A stretch of 58,819 nt of DNA, filler included, from Catajapyx aquilonaris (GCA_000934665.2; 3 parts of 3 records of this genome joined end to end with filler, not necessarily neighbours in it), one strand, 5' to 3'. Counted from the whole stretch's first letter, positions 36,714 to 49,282 are shown. Made by a program: numbers and translations. The notes: generated from the sequence alone by a model not told the origin.

Positions 36714-39214
36714 CCTGCTTTCTGATGTATTCTATTTATTTCTTTAATGTCAGCTATATTGTACCTCTCATAAATGCATATAGTGTGAAAGTGTTGTTCT
36801 GTAACTGCTACATGCAAGAATTATGTCTTTGCCAACCTCGACCTTCATCATCAGCACTCACGGGATGTGTGTTGAGTGTTTGCAACTTATTCCACAGCTA
36901 GCTCGTCGAGCGTGAACGGGAATTGTCCGTCGCTGGCTTCATTTACATCCCGGAGACAATAGTCCTGTGTGCTCTCGCTATTGTCTCTCTAGCCCAGGAG
37001 GAAGGGCTGGCACATTTGAGACAGAATACCACCGTCGCGTCGCGTCGTTTTCAAGAGTGGGACGGAAATATTGCTGCTCATATTGAAGGAAATTGGCCCT
37101 CCATGCTGCATGGAGAGGTGTAACATGCGAATTTGCGAAAAAAAATATATATGCAGAATTTGTTGGACAATTTCTTATTCTGGAATGGATGAGTCTATAT
37201 TGGGTGAACAAATTGAAGCGTTTTTCTTTTGCAAGGACTTTATACTGTATACTTTACAATATGCTGAACCTTTTTGCGTGAGAGTGTATAGTCTATATGT
37301 GAGTGTTGCTGTGTGTCGGGGGAAGAAACTTTAATATTGAAGAAGTGGAGCACTCAATTTCTCAATAATATAATAGCAATCTTTTGCCCTGTGATAAGAC
37401 TGAACGTTGTTAAATGAGTATATTTCGAACCTTTGTTATCTTTATTCATGCAGTCTGGCCTCGGGGGAGGGAGGATAATTAGGCGATGGAAACGGAGCGA
37501 ATCTGGCCTACTTGATATTGTAGCATTCAATATAAGGAGATCAAATAAAACTAATGCTCGTCACCTTGATAATAACCATGGAAGTTTTCGACTACGCCTC
37601 TGCTAATGCGGTGTGTATTTAAAGCAAATATGAAATACTTGGAAATAGTGATGTTACCTATAGTCGCCATGCCGTACGTTATTAGTCATTCTTGACCACT
37701 GTACTGAAAATTTAAGGAAACTACTAATTATAGTCCCCTATGCTTGAGTACTCAACAGTAAAATACGTTGAATTGCAGATAATAGCTGCAATAAATCAAC
37801 GCAATGTATTTTATGCTGTATCGGTATAGCTATACTCCTAGAAGATTTAATTCAGCGGGAAAAATGCTTCAAAAACTCGTAATTTAACGGAATCAGCCAC
37901 AAAAAAAATCCTTAGCCTACTATATACTTTGAAGGAAAACGCAAACGGGGTGTTTGATAAGAATGAATGAGGATGCGTTTTTTCCCCAACTGAGTATAGC
38001 TTATAGGTTGAGTAACACTGAACCTTGTAATTATTTACACGGAAAATATATTGTGTAACGAAATGCAACTATTTCTAACCATGAAATACCGGGTGACCCT
38101 AAAGTATGAACAGATAGGTACCATATATAATTTTGCTTGCCAGGATGCCAGGATAAATTGTCAACCAACAATATACGATTATTACCTATGTGTCCAGACT
38201 TTAGGGTCACCCCGAAATGCATATCCATCGAGCGTTCATCGTAATATGACGCTCCATCAAAGACCAGCACTAATTTATTATGCTTTTCTATAAGGCCTGA
38301 AAGGTGACACTCGACAGTGAGTCTACTAGCTCTGGTGACAATAGCAAGAAACCGGTCCTGCAACAAAAGCAATGCGATACACAATAGAATAACTCATCTA
38401 TAACATGCGACTCGTCATATACTACCCACCGCCTTATTTATGCATGCCACTCTATTTTACGCACCTAAATGCCCCCAAAAAACCCCATATAAAATGTGGC
38501 ACTGTGTCACAACCGCACACCGCAAAAAACTTGCAAAATGCGAATCTTGCATTTTACCCCCCTCCGAACTTGATATGAAAGGAATCGTCCCTTGGAGGGT
38601 ATGATGAGGCTTAATAATTAGCCATCCCGTAACGCACGACTTAGATGGTCCGTAGTAGGAAGGTGAGGTGAGGGGGGGAGGGGGGGGGAACTCGTAACCT
38701 AGTTCGAAAAGCCGGCTCATTCACAATATGACGGAGAAAGTGGCGCGGTAATGAATTCAAGGTAGGGGTCAATGGCGGGTTACTACAAAAAAAAATATCT
38801 GTACTTTTTTTTTTGGGGGGGGGGGGGGNNNNNNNNNNNNNNNNNNNNNNNNNNNNNNNNNNNNNNNNNCCCAACCTTTCTGTATCGATCCCCTACTGCC
38901 GTTTTGAGAAGGCGGGGGAGTCATGCAGCGCTATCTGCCGAGTCTGCTTGCAACTTGCTAGAGGCGAGCCTCGAGTATTTTGGGGGGAGCAAAAGCGGCG
39001 TGTTGTGCGCCTTTTTTTTTTTAATTTCAAAAAAAAGAAGAAAAAAAGTGTGAGGTTTTGTTACGGACTGAAGGGGGGTAGTTTTTGTAGTGAGTTGGAC
39101 GGGTTGTGTGTTGGATGGGTTGTGTCGGGTGGTGCTGGCCCCTGTGTCTTGCCCCCGGTACAGCTGGCTCCGAGACCTAGGCCTAGTGTGGAGGTGGGCC
39201 GGGATGGAGGATGT

Positions 39215-39314
39215 NNNNNNNNNNNNNNNNNNNNNNNNNNNNNNNNNNNNNNNNNNNNTTAATTAATTAANNNNNNNNNNNNNNNNNNNNNNNNNNNNNN
39301 NNNNNNNNNNNNNN
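39215..39314. other. Artificial 100-bp contig spacer (N44-TTAATTAATTAA-N44)
   Basis: Identical to 19605-19704. Confidence 0.95.
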
Positions 39315-40684
39315 GCTTTCACTAGACTGCCTTTTATTTCCTCCTCCCGCCAGGAGGCGGGAGTGTATGGGTCAGTACACAGGGGAGAACAGGGTTAGAA
39401 ATATATGACAGGTAGTGTAATAAATTCTGTGTCCCATTTTTCGCTAAGACGCCATCTTGTTCAAGGTGCAACTCCTGTGGTAGGTAGCGGGTAGTCTGTC
39501 GCGATTGGCTGGATCTTTCTTCCGCAGACTTACCACTTGAGTACACCTTGAAAAAGATGTAGCGCGGCCAGGGCCAAATTCCCAGCCTGGGGGAGACACA
39601 GAAATTAAACTACCGTATCGATACAACTAGGGGGGAAGTGACATGGGGCTGAGTGAGGTAGTACTAGTACTAAATATTATAATTTAACGATAAACTCTAC
39701 GGCGGGGGAAATAACCCTGCGTGAGGGGGGAGGGGGGCGGGGGAGAACACGTAAATGCGGGAGTCCCCCGCCCAATGCGGGAGGGTTGGCAGCTCTGTTA
39801 CTGTATTTCTCTGCAAATAAGGTATTCTTCAAAACCTACATATTCTCTTTAAATTGTTTTGTGCATAACATGCTCAAAATTTAGCTCAATAGAATCACCT
39901 TGAAAAGAATTTATACGACAAAAAAAGCAAGAGCTCAATAAATTTTGACCACTACTGTTATGTTACAGATTCACATTGTTTATGAAGGTCATATTTTGCA
40001 TATCCTATTATGAGGGTGCTGTCCATGCACCATGTAAGTTTATAGCAGTGATACGAAAATCGACCCCATTTTTTCGTATTTAATTTTCAATTAACATTTT
40101 TGGCAATGCACGGATAATCCACAACACGAATAATAAGGAGTAGAGTGTATACGGTAAAATAAATGTTTTAAATATCCATAATTGCAATTTTCATTACATT
40201 TATCTCATGAAAGGTACTTACGACATTATAATACTAACAGTAAGTGTAAGCTGGAAATAGTGTCAGATATTGACCATATTGTCGTATATGAAAATGAAAT
40301 TGATTCATATTAAATGCATTTATAAAGCCATTATGAAATAATTATTACAGTCAAGGTTATTGTGCGCGTTAGGGACGGGATATAATTAAAACAACCTTAC
40401 AGGAAGGGGTTTACTACATTATATGAAATTCCTGCGAATTATATGAGGATGTGACACTTTCTGACGCAGAGTCAATTGCCAGAACAGTGTTTTCATGTAA
40501 CAAATTGACTCACAGGGCAATATATTTTCTCCTACCATAAATTTTTTGTAACCCCTGCCAGGTTGACATTATCGTAGAATTGCTCTGCTTTTATAGTGCT
40601 GAAACTCGTTTAGGTGTTATAACAGCTCTGTGCAGTACGGTAGGCTACAGTAGTTTACTAACCTTGTCACTGTACAGTGTACAG

Positions 40685-41013
40685 TATTATGCGATTCACG
40701 AGTCCTGGCCTGTTAGGCTCCTCCCCCGTCCTCCGCCCTCTGAAGGCGAGGTTGCCACGTCCGCGTCCGCCATGGCCTCACACGCCTGCCAGGAGGATGG
40801 GGGAGAGCACTTGGCAGCAGTGGATCGCATTGGGGGGAGACAACTAGGCCTGGAAATACGACGAACCACCTATCCCTTGTTGATACCGAACCCCCGAACC
40901 AATGGCTCCTACTCGCGAGAATCACGAGCATTCCAGGCCTGATTTCTTCCGCCGCTGACGTTGGGAGGAGGTGGGTGGAGCCTAACAGGCCAGGACTCGT
41001 GAATCGCATAATA
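40685..41013. mobile_element. 329-bp MITE with 37-bp perfect TIRs and 6-bp TSD (IS3EU-like signature)
   Basis: TIR TATTATGCGATTCACGAGTCCTGGCCTGTTAGGCTCC; TSD GTACAG at 40679-40684 and 41014-41019. The superfamily call is inferred only from TAY termini plus the 6-bp TSD. Confidence 0.85.
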
Positions 41014-41747
41014 GTACAGGAAAGGGAGCTTAAAACACGTGGATTTCAGAGGGCTTTGTGCATTCCTTCGCGACTTATCGAGAACTATCAGGTTACCCGG
41101 CGTTGCCCGGTTATGTTGTGGTGGTAGTGGTCGGGGTATCCATATCTGTATTATTTTTAGGAAGTTTATTTATTAATAAAATTAGTATTCCATACTGATA
41201 ATATATTATACACTCGATATGCCTTAAAAGAGTTAAAACTGGTCATTGGGTATAGGGCTATAGGCTAATTGAAAACAATAAGCCAAAGTTTGTCATTATC
41301 TGTGAAGGGTGCCACCCTGCACAGGACGATGATTCCCGTTCTTTTTTATCAATAGAGTCTGCCCATTAAATGAACGCCGATCAAAAATTGACTTACCCCC
41401 TTCTTGCACCATACCCTTCTCATTGTGTCTGGCTGCTTTAAGTTCCACACGGGACTGGCGTTGACTGTCTGTTTCATGTTGCTTTTTAATTCGTTGGCGT
41501 TTGGCGCCAGGAGATTGTCCAAATGTGTAACACTTCTTTGGATGCATTTGATGGAGAAATACGTAGAAAGCGGACACCCGATATCGCCGAGAATGCACCT
41601 CTGGAAATTCTTTTCCATGGAGAAGGCCCCAAACAAAGTAATATTCGTATACAGTAAAACTTCCATAAGTCGAACTTCGAAGTTCTCTATAAGTCGAAGA
41701 AAATGATGAGCTTGGTTGGTCACAATGTAAAATCAAGTACCGGTATA

Positions 41748-42171
41748 CAGGGTGTATCTGAACTCAGTGCCCCGACGTATATGACTGCCTTCCTAGCCAC
41801 CAGAGGATCGATTTAAGTATAGGAATCATTATGTTTGGCCGCCGCATTACGGAGATACACTCTTTAGCGATATTTGCCTAATCGCTCCTTCTGACTTTTA
41901 AATAGAATTTTCTGGTGTAACTAGCCAAAGAGGCCTTACCACCTGTGGGCAACAAACCAACAAAGTCCCGCCCCCAGACCTTCCAGAGCCTTCTGACTGG
42001 GGGAGGGTTCAATGGGTGGCCTAACCGACAGGATATTTTGTACTACATGTTTGCCGCCAATTATCTCCGTAATGCGGCGGCCAAACATAATTTTTCCTAT
42101 ACTTAAATCGATCCTCTGGTGGCCAGGAAGGCAGTCATATACGTCGGGGCACTGAGTTCAGATACACCCTG
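41748..42171. mobile_element. 424-bp Tc1/mariner-type MITE with about 110-bp TIRs (CAGGGTGTATCTGAACTC...)
   Basis: Near-perfect arms and TA TSD; a related element lies at 49336-49779. Confidence 0.92.
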
Positions 42172-42175
42172 TATA

Positions 42176-45100
42176 CAGGGTGGTCGGTAAATGGCGGACA
42201 AGCTTCAGGAAGCGAGAATCCTTGTGAAAAACCAGTATATGGAAGTGAAGGTCATATTGCTCTGCGATGCATGGTTAAGGCTCACGAGGTCTCCAAAGTT
42301 TGGACCAAATCATGACGTCACATCCGCCCGCGAAATTCAAACAATACCGTATCGCTGCAGTACACGGTTTGTTACCAGGGGTTGCCATGTTGACATCCCC
42401 CACATGTTCACCAAACAATGGAACCGTATAAACTCGCAGGGACGCACAGTAGGACCAAATCAAAAAAAGGCGGACAAAAGTCAAAAAAATTGGATTTTCT
42501 TGACAAGATTAATGACTCGGGGGTTTTAATGGTCGAGGAATTCAAATCTGTCACTAATTATTCAAAATTCAAAATGGCGGATCCAATATGGCCGACATCT
42601 AAGAGTAAAATTGCTCCCATTAAATCTGAAATTGGGATTTGGGGGGTTTCCTGGCAGAATATTTCAAATCTGTTGCTAAAAATGCAAAATTCAAAATGGC
42701 GGATCCAATATGGCTGACAGTTTAGAGTAAAACGCTGGGCGTCAGGAGGATAAACACCGGAGGTGTACACAGGGTTTAATAATAAACATCATTACATTTG
42801 GAAAGATCATAGGTCAAGAAATTGACCTTGCAATTTTAATAAGTATTCAAAAAGCAAATTTCCCTAAAGCCATTCATAATGTTCACCACACTGTAACCAA
42901 TTCAATGGCATCTACATTATCAATGATATACTATACGCGAGTATAGTTTCCGAGATATGATCCGAATTGTACCTGTTTGCGTAGCGTTTTTGTTACTATG
43001 ACTGCATTTTTCACCAATTGACCCATTGACCTTGGACAGCAACAGGTGCTACGGTACTTTTATAAAACCCTTTTAGGGTTTGGACAGGCATGCAAGTTGT
43101 CAGTTGTGTCAAAAAATGCCGGGTGTACCTTTCGACATTTTTTGGGTGAATCGTCCTGGACTCACCTGGCGACGTCATTTTGATACATTCTGCCCTGCAC
43201 CGATCACAGGAGCACCTAGGAGCACCTGAATTCAGCTGCATCCGTTCCAGGAATTACCTGTCTACATTTTAGGCCATATATTAGCGTGTCTTCTCGTATC
43301 TTCCGTTTTGTAGGCCAATTTTTAAGAGGAAAACCGCTAAAAATGAGGGTTTCGGAAATGGTGTTAGTAAAGAACCAAAGATATGTATAGTCCGGACGCT
43401 AAGAGCCGATTTTGAGGCGAACCGTTCACTTTGTGAAGAAAGCATGAAATTTGGCATAGATGTAGAATAAACCTTGCTCTTCAAATACAGATGTGGAGCC
43501 ACGCGAGATTTTGCCCCGGAGGCGGGTTGGCTACCCTGAAGCGAGTGAAAAGTCTTTTTCTGAGCGAACTATGCTTCTTAGGCGGATATGTGCCAAACAA
43601 ATGTTGTGGGGAAACATGTATCCTACAAAAAGTATATAGTAACTTTTCCATGTACGGTCCGTATTTTCGGAGCTACAGCGACTTGAACCAAATTACGGGA
43701 CGAAAAAAAAAGTCAACCGTGCATTGGTGAAATTTGGTAAGAATGTCCCTGAGACCATACTCCTCCAATCCAGATATGGCGCCACGGCCGTTTTCGTCCT
43801 GGAGGCCCGTAATTGCGGTTGGCTACCTTGAAGCGAGTTGAAAGTATTTTCTGAGCGAACTATGCTTCTCAGGAGGAAATGTGCCAAACAAAGGTTGTAC
43901 AGAAACATGTATTCTACAAAAAGGTATAAGTACATTTTCCACGTAGAGTCCTTATTTTCAGAGCTGCAGCGACTTGAAAAATACTTTTCACACGCTGAAG
44001 GGTAGCCAACCGGCAATTACGGGCCTCCGGGGCGACTACTGGGGTGGCTCCACATCTGGATTGGAAGAGTATGGTCTCAGGGACATTCGTACCAAATTTC
44101 ATGCTTTCATCACCAAAGTGCATGGTTGACCCTTAATTCCCTTAATTTCATGACTATGGGTTCAAGTCACTGTAGCTCTGAAAATAAGTACTCTACGTGG
44201 AAAATGTACTTATACCTTTTTGTAGAATACATGTTTCTGTACAACCTTTGTTTGGCACATTTCCTCCTGAGAAGCATAGTTCGCTCAGAAAATACTTTCA
44301 ACTCGCTTCAAGGTAGCCAACCCGCAATTACGGGCCTCCAGGACGAAAACGGCCGTGGCGCCATATCTGGATTGGAGGAGTATGGTCTCAGGGACATTCT
44401 TACCAAATTTCACCAATGCACGGTTGACTTTTTTTTTCGTCCCGTAATTTGGTTCAAGTCGCTGTAGCTCCGAAAATACGGACCGTACATGGAAAGGTTA
44501 CTATATACTTTTTGTAGGATACATGTTTCCCCACAACATTTGTTTGGCACATATCCGCCTAAGAAGCATAGTTCGCTCAGAAAAAGACTTTTCACTCGCT
44601 TCAGGGTAGCCAACCCGCCTCCGGGGCAAAATCTCGCGTGGCTCCACATCTGTATTTGAAGAGCAAGGTTTATTCTACATCTATGCCAAATTTCATGCTT
44701 TCGTCACAAAGTGAACGGTTCAAACCCTTACCATCCGGACTAGTAGTAGTAACGTGATAATTGCATCATTATGTATATAAAGAGTGGAGTCATGACATGG
44801 ACTGATCATGAAAATTATTAGATACTCCTGGAAACGTCTATACACGGCCATATGTTGAAAATTCTGACAAAAACCTAAGCATGTCGCGCAACTGAAATTT
44901 TAGTCAAATTTGAGACCCTCCACATCAGTTTGGAGTGCCTTTTCCGCAAAAAAGAGTGCACTGGTTTATGCTCCCAGTACATAAGAATGAATGGAAACTA
45001 TTTACAAGTTTCTCCAAAAAAGTCACAAATTGTCTTTTGTCCGCCTTTTTTTGATTTGGTCCTACTGTGGGACGTTGCCAGCAGGTTGCCAGGCACGTTG

Positions 45101-45396
45101 CGACGACGGTTTGGCAATGCCTGGCAACGTCCCTGCGAGTTTATACGGTTCCATTGTTTGGTGAACATGTGGGGGATGTCAACATGGCAACCCCTGATAA
45201 CAAACCGTGTACTGCAGCGATACGGTATTGTTTGAATTTCGCAGGCGGATGTGACGTCATGATTTGGTCCAAACTATGGAGACCTCGTGAGCCTTAACCA
45301 TGCATCGCAGAGCAATATGACCTTCACTTCCATATACTGGTTTTTCACAAGGATTCTCTCTACCTGAAGCTTGTCCGCCATTTACCGACCACCCTG
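42176..45396. mobile_element. Tc1/mariner-type non-autonomous element with about 310-bp TIRs (CAGGGTGGTCGGTAAATGGCGG...)
   Basis: Arms 42176 to about 42490 and about 45030 to 45396, TA TSD; contains the foldback element at 43388-44742. Confidence 0.9.
43388..44742. mobile_element. Foldback element with about 560-bp internally repetitive arms; Academ-like termini
   Basis: Termini TAGTCCGGA / TCCGGACTA; 3-bp TSD GTA at 43385-43387 and 44743-44745. Arms about 43419-43978 and 44161-44721 are almost identical, producing mirror ORFs in the track. Confidence 0.85.
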
Positions 45397-47610
45397 TATA
45401 AAGCCCCAATCCGAGGATATAGGATATACGAGGATATAGGATGGAAAAGATTTCGCACTTCCCGAGGTCGTAGAGCGCTGGTCTAAATTCGGTTGGATTC
45501 TTTGCCCCCGATATACATTGGCCAAAAATCCTCAAAATCCCAAAATTCCCAGCCGTTTTCGAGATGGCCAAAAGTCGACTTTTGCACACGCCACATGGAC
45601 CATCTGCTTGTCGTTAAGCCGGGAAAGAACAATTGCCCATCCACCTTTATCTCCGGAGACCTCTCAGCTCACTGTCATATGGTTACACCCCTTCCCCCTG
45701 ACCCCCACCCCACTTTTCCTTTTTCACCATCCGTCAGCTAAGGGCGCATTCTCATACCGTCATACCTTTGTGGACCGTGACGTCACGGGTTCTGTAAACG
45801 GATGGATTTCGGCGGAATACGGGCACCGCGCCGGAGGCGCGCAAGTGGGGCGCAGCCCCACGGGGGGGTCCGGGGGGCGGAGCCCCACCGGCTCGCAAAG
45901 CGAGTCTTCTTCAAGTATATATAAAGCCCCTAAACGAGGAGGATATAGGATATAGGAGGAGGATGGAAAAGATTTCGCACTTCCCGGGGTCGTAGAGCTG
46001 TGGTCGAAATTCCATTGGATTCCTTACAGCCGATATACATTGTCCAAAAATCCTAAAAATCCCAAAATTCCCAGCCGTTTTCGAGATGGCCAAAATTCGA
46101 CTTTTGCACACGCCACATGGACCATCTGGTTGTCGTTAAGCCGGGAAAGAACAATGGCCCATTCACCCTCATCTCCCGAGACCTCTCAGCTCACATATGG
46201 TTACACCCACTCCTCCTGGCCCCCACCCCACTTTTCCTTTTTTTCACAATCCGTCTGCTAAGGGAGCATTCTCATACCGTCATACCTTTGTGGACCGTGA
46301 CGTCACGGGTTCTGTAAACGGATGGATTTCTGTAACCGGATGGATAAGGCGGAACACGGGCACCGCGCCGAAGGCGCGCACGTGGGGCGCAGCCCCACGG
46401 GGGGGGCCCGGGGGGGCGGAGCCCCACCGGCTCGCAAAGCGAGTCTTCTTCTATCTTCTATCTAATATATATAAAGCCCCAATCCGACGAGGAGGATGAA
46501 AAAGATTTCGTACTTCCCGATGTCGTAGAGACCTCGGACTTGCACCGTTGCCTTTCTAGCCTCCGGTATACCTATTCCAAAAATCCTCATAATCGCAAAA
46601 TTCCCAGCCGTTTCGGAGATCGCCAAATTAAATGTGGACGCAAACCCGAGATCGCGAAATTAATGTATCCGCAAACTGCCTCGGATCGACTTGCGACCTT
46701 GCGCGCAGATGGTCGTAAAGAAGGAGAACAATGGCCTACCCCCTCCCCTCCACCCTCTGGGATCTTTACGCTACTCAAACCGGGAGTCGTGGGAATGATA
46801 CGCCACAGATGGTCCCACCTGTCATCCCAAGCGCTGTTTTGAACAATACGTCAGAGAGGGCACGTTCGGAAACTCCTCATCGCTACCGGTGACGTCACTG
46901 ATTTCAGTAACCGGATGGATTAAGCGGAATACGGGCACCGCGCCGAAGGCGCGCAGGTGGGGCGCAGCCCCACGGGGGGGTCCGGGGGGGCGGAGCCCCA
47001 CCGGCTCGCTACGCGAGTCTATTATATATAAAGCCCCAATCCGAGGATATAGGATGGAAAAGATTTCGCACTTCCCGAGGTCGTAGAGCTCTGGTCGAAA
47101 TTCCATTGGATTTCTTGCCCCCGGTTTAGCAATGCCAAAAATCCTCATAATCGCAAAATTCCCAGCCGTTTTGGACTTGGCAAAAAGTCGACTTTTGCAC
47201 GTGCCACCTTGTCCATCTGCTCCTCATTAAGCCGCCGGAGAACAATAGCGCCTCTCCGGCGCTCCCTCCCCCCATCTGCTCACAATCTGGATATACTATA
47301 ATCCCATCTCAGTGCCTTTTCTCACCATACGTCAGCTAGGGCGCATTCTCCTACTCCACACCTTTCGCGATGACGCTATGACGTCACGGGTTCTGTAAAC
47401 GGATGCCACCCCGCTCCCACCAATTTTTGCGTAAAAAGACTTGCTCTGTTCGCATCGGAGAGTGGGGTAAGTGTGGGGCGGACGGGTGCACTGGGACTCG
47501 GAGAGTTACGGAGACCGAGGAGGACCTGAGCGGGAGCGGACCAATTCGCGCCGAAGGCGCGCAAGTGGACCGCAGCCCNNNNNCCCCCCCCCCCGCCTCG
47601 CAAAGCGATT
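45397..47610 (+). repeat. Four head-to-tail copies of a 520-560-bp Helitron-like unit
   Basis: TAAAGCCCC recurs at 45399, 45922, 46472 and 47029. Units start with (TC)TATATATAAAG-like sequence and end with GC-rich stems and the hairpin CTCGC-AAA-GCGAG. Confidence 0.82.
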
Positions 47611-48901
47611 AATAGGAAAAAACTTCCCTAACTCGAATTTCTATAACTCGAATTTCTATAACTCGAATTTCTCCATAACTCGAAGTGCTGGCATGGCCTT
47701 ACGATGGGATATCAATGCATTTTCAGTCTCCCTAAGTCGAAGTTCATGTTGGAAAGTACGGAATATTTTCTCATATCATTTCCCAGACGAAGGGTCGAGA
47801 GGAGGCCACATGTACTACAGAAAGACTCAATTTCCTGATCTCCGTCTACCAGACGTAACCAAAGAAGTGTTTGAATCGATTGTGACAATTGAATCATTGA
47901 ATTCAAGAGTAGCCAAATGTCCATAACTGAGATTTTTTTTACAACAAAACAACGAGAAACATTGTAAGTGTGATAGTGACAATAATTTTAAAGTTTTGAA
48001 CATCTTTCGTCGCTGGATATAAAGGTAGGCTTCCGTATAGAGTTATGTGCTTAAAAAATGGCAAACTTCTCTAACTCGAATCTTCTATAATTCGAAGTTT
48101 TTTCCTGGTCCCATGGAGATTCGACTTATGGAAGTTTTACTGTATTGTTTATATTTTTGTTGATGGTGGTTAAAGCAGAGGCGGTATAGAGTGTCGTGGG
48201 AGTTAGGCTCATTTTTGGAAGCTGAAAATGCGCCATTAAATTGCTCGAAAAAAGTAACCCCTAATGAGCTAGTTTAAGGCGGTGCGGTGTGGGGGCATTC
48301 CCCTGGATTTATGTAGCGAATCCACAAACGAACAAATCCACAAACGAACTAAAATATAGATTAAGATTAACCAGCTGGGGTGGAAATCTCCAAGAATGAA
48401 TCGTACCACATGTTTGCTTAACTTGGAAATTCCCCGGTGTTGACAAAATTGGACTTATTAATAGTGAAAGTGCGGCGGAGTTCACAATAAATATTCGACT
48501 GTTCGAGAAAATCGAGTTATACAAATTTGAGTTATCGGAATTCAGGAAACTAATTTCAAAATCTAAATCAGACGGTGTACCCGGGAAACCGTACGGGAAA
48601 CCGAACCGAAGTGGCCTCTACCGGAAGTTGAATTTAGAACCTATTTTGACACGAAGAATCCGAAATCTTAAACAGTTTGTTAAATATTTGTTGAATAATT
48701 ATAATCTCCAGCTATGAGCTTGCTGTCCCAGCAAAGCCTCATGTTAAACTTATTTTGCGAAATTTCCCGCAATTCTATCCGGCTCTAGTGTCATGGCCGC
48801 CGGATTTTCAATTTGTTTCAATCTGGCCGCCGGTTGAGCGGTCTATTTTCTCGACGTCATTGGGCGTCAAAGGCACCGAAGGAGCCAGCTTAGATATTCT
48901 T

Positions 48902-48903
48902 AT

Positions 48904-48951
<48 letters not shown>

Positions 48952-49282
48952 ATAATGTGGGATAGTGCTCACCCTTGCGGGCATCAGCACAGCCTTTATT
49001 GTCAAGTTGGTACTGTACATGTTTGGAACCTTGTGGCGAATCGCCCGGGCCCACGGGCGTGATAACAGGAGGGGATGTGGAAAGTGCAGTGCAATGCGGT
49101 ACGAGGTAATTTTGTGAACTCCCCCGGGTGGATTTGTCTATTGGATATTCCACCCAGAAACGAAGCCAGAGACGACCCACACTCTGCACGAGATGAAGGG
49201 GGTGTCCCCGGGCGGGATTAGATCCCGGGACCTTAACATCCGTAGGCGCACACGTTACCGCGGCGCCACTCCGCCTCCCCCT
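48902..49282 (-). mobile_element. tRNA-derived SINE with 12-bp TSD
   Basis: Minus strand: A-box-like TGGCGCCGCGG, degenerate B box GGATCTAATCCC, (ATT)n tail. TSD TTAGATATTCTT at 48890-48901 and 49283-49294. Confidence 0.85.

Larger units (their letters stand above)
41652..48142. mobile_element. pogo/Tigger-like (Tc1-mariner) MITE interrupted by nested elements
   Basis: Perfect 23-bp TIR CAGTAAAACTTCCATAAGTCGAA at 41652-41674 and 48120-48142, TA on both sides. Subterminal (TAACTCGAA) repeats resume at about 47630. Confidence 0.88.
41085..48360 (-). mobile_element. Non-autonomous Helitron (family of 20386-21015) split by about 6.5 kb of nested insertions
   Basis: 3' hairpin ACCCGGCGTTGCCCGGTT with degenerate CTAG at 41085; shared internal block CAATAAGCCAAAGTTTGT..TATCTGTGA; 5' end A|TCTATATTTT at 48360, with 48200-48360 matching 20870-21015. 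Confidence 0.78.

Noticed and set aside
38760..39214. ORFs near the end of segment 2
   Set aside because: N-containing, homopolymer-rich, low-quality contig-end sequence.
43491..44649. Duplicated 79-aa and about 110-aa ORFs on opposite strands as paralogous genes
   Set aside because: Mirror translations of the arms of a foldback element; no protein motif.
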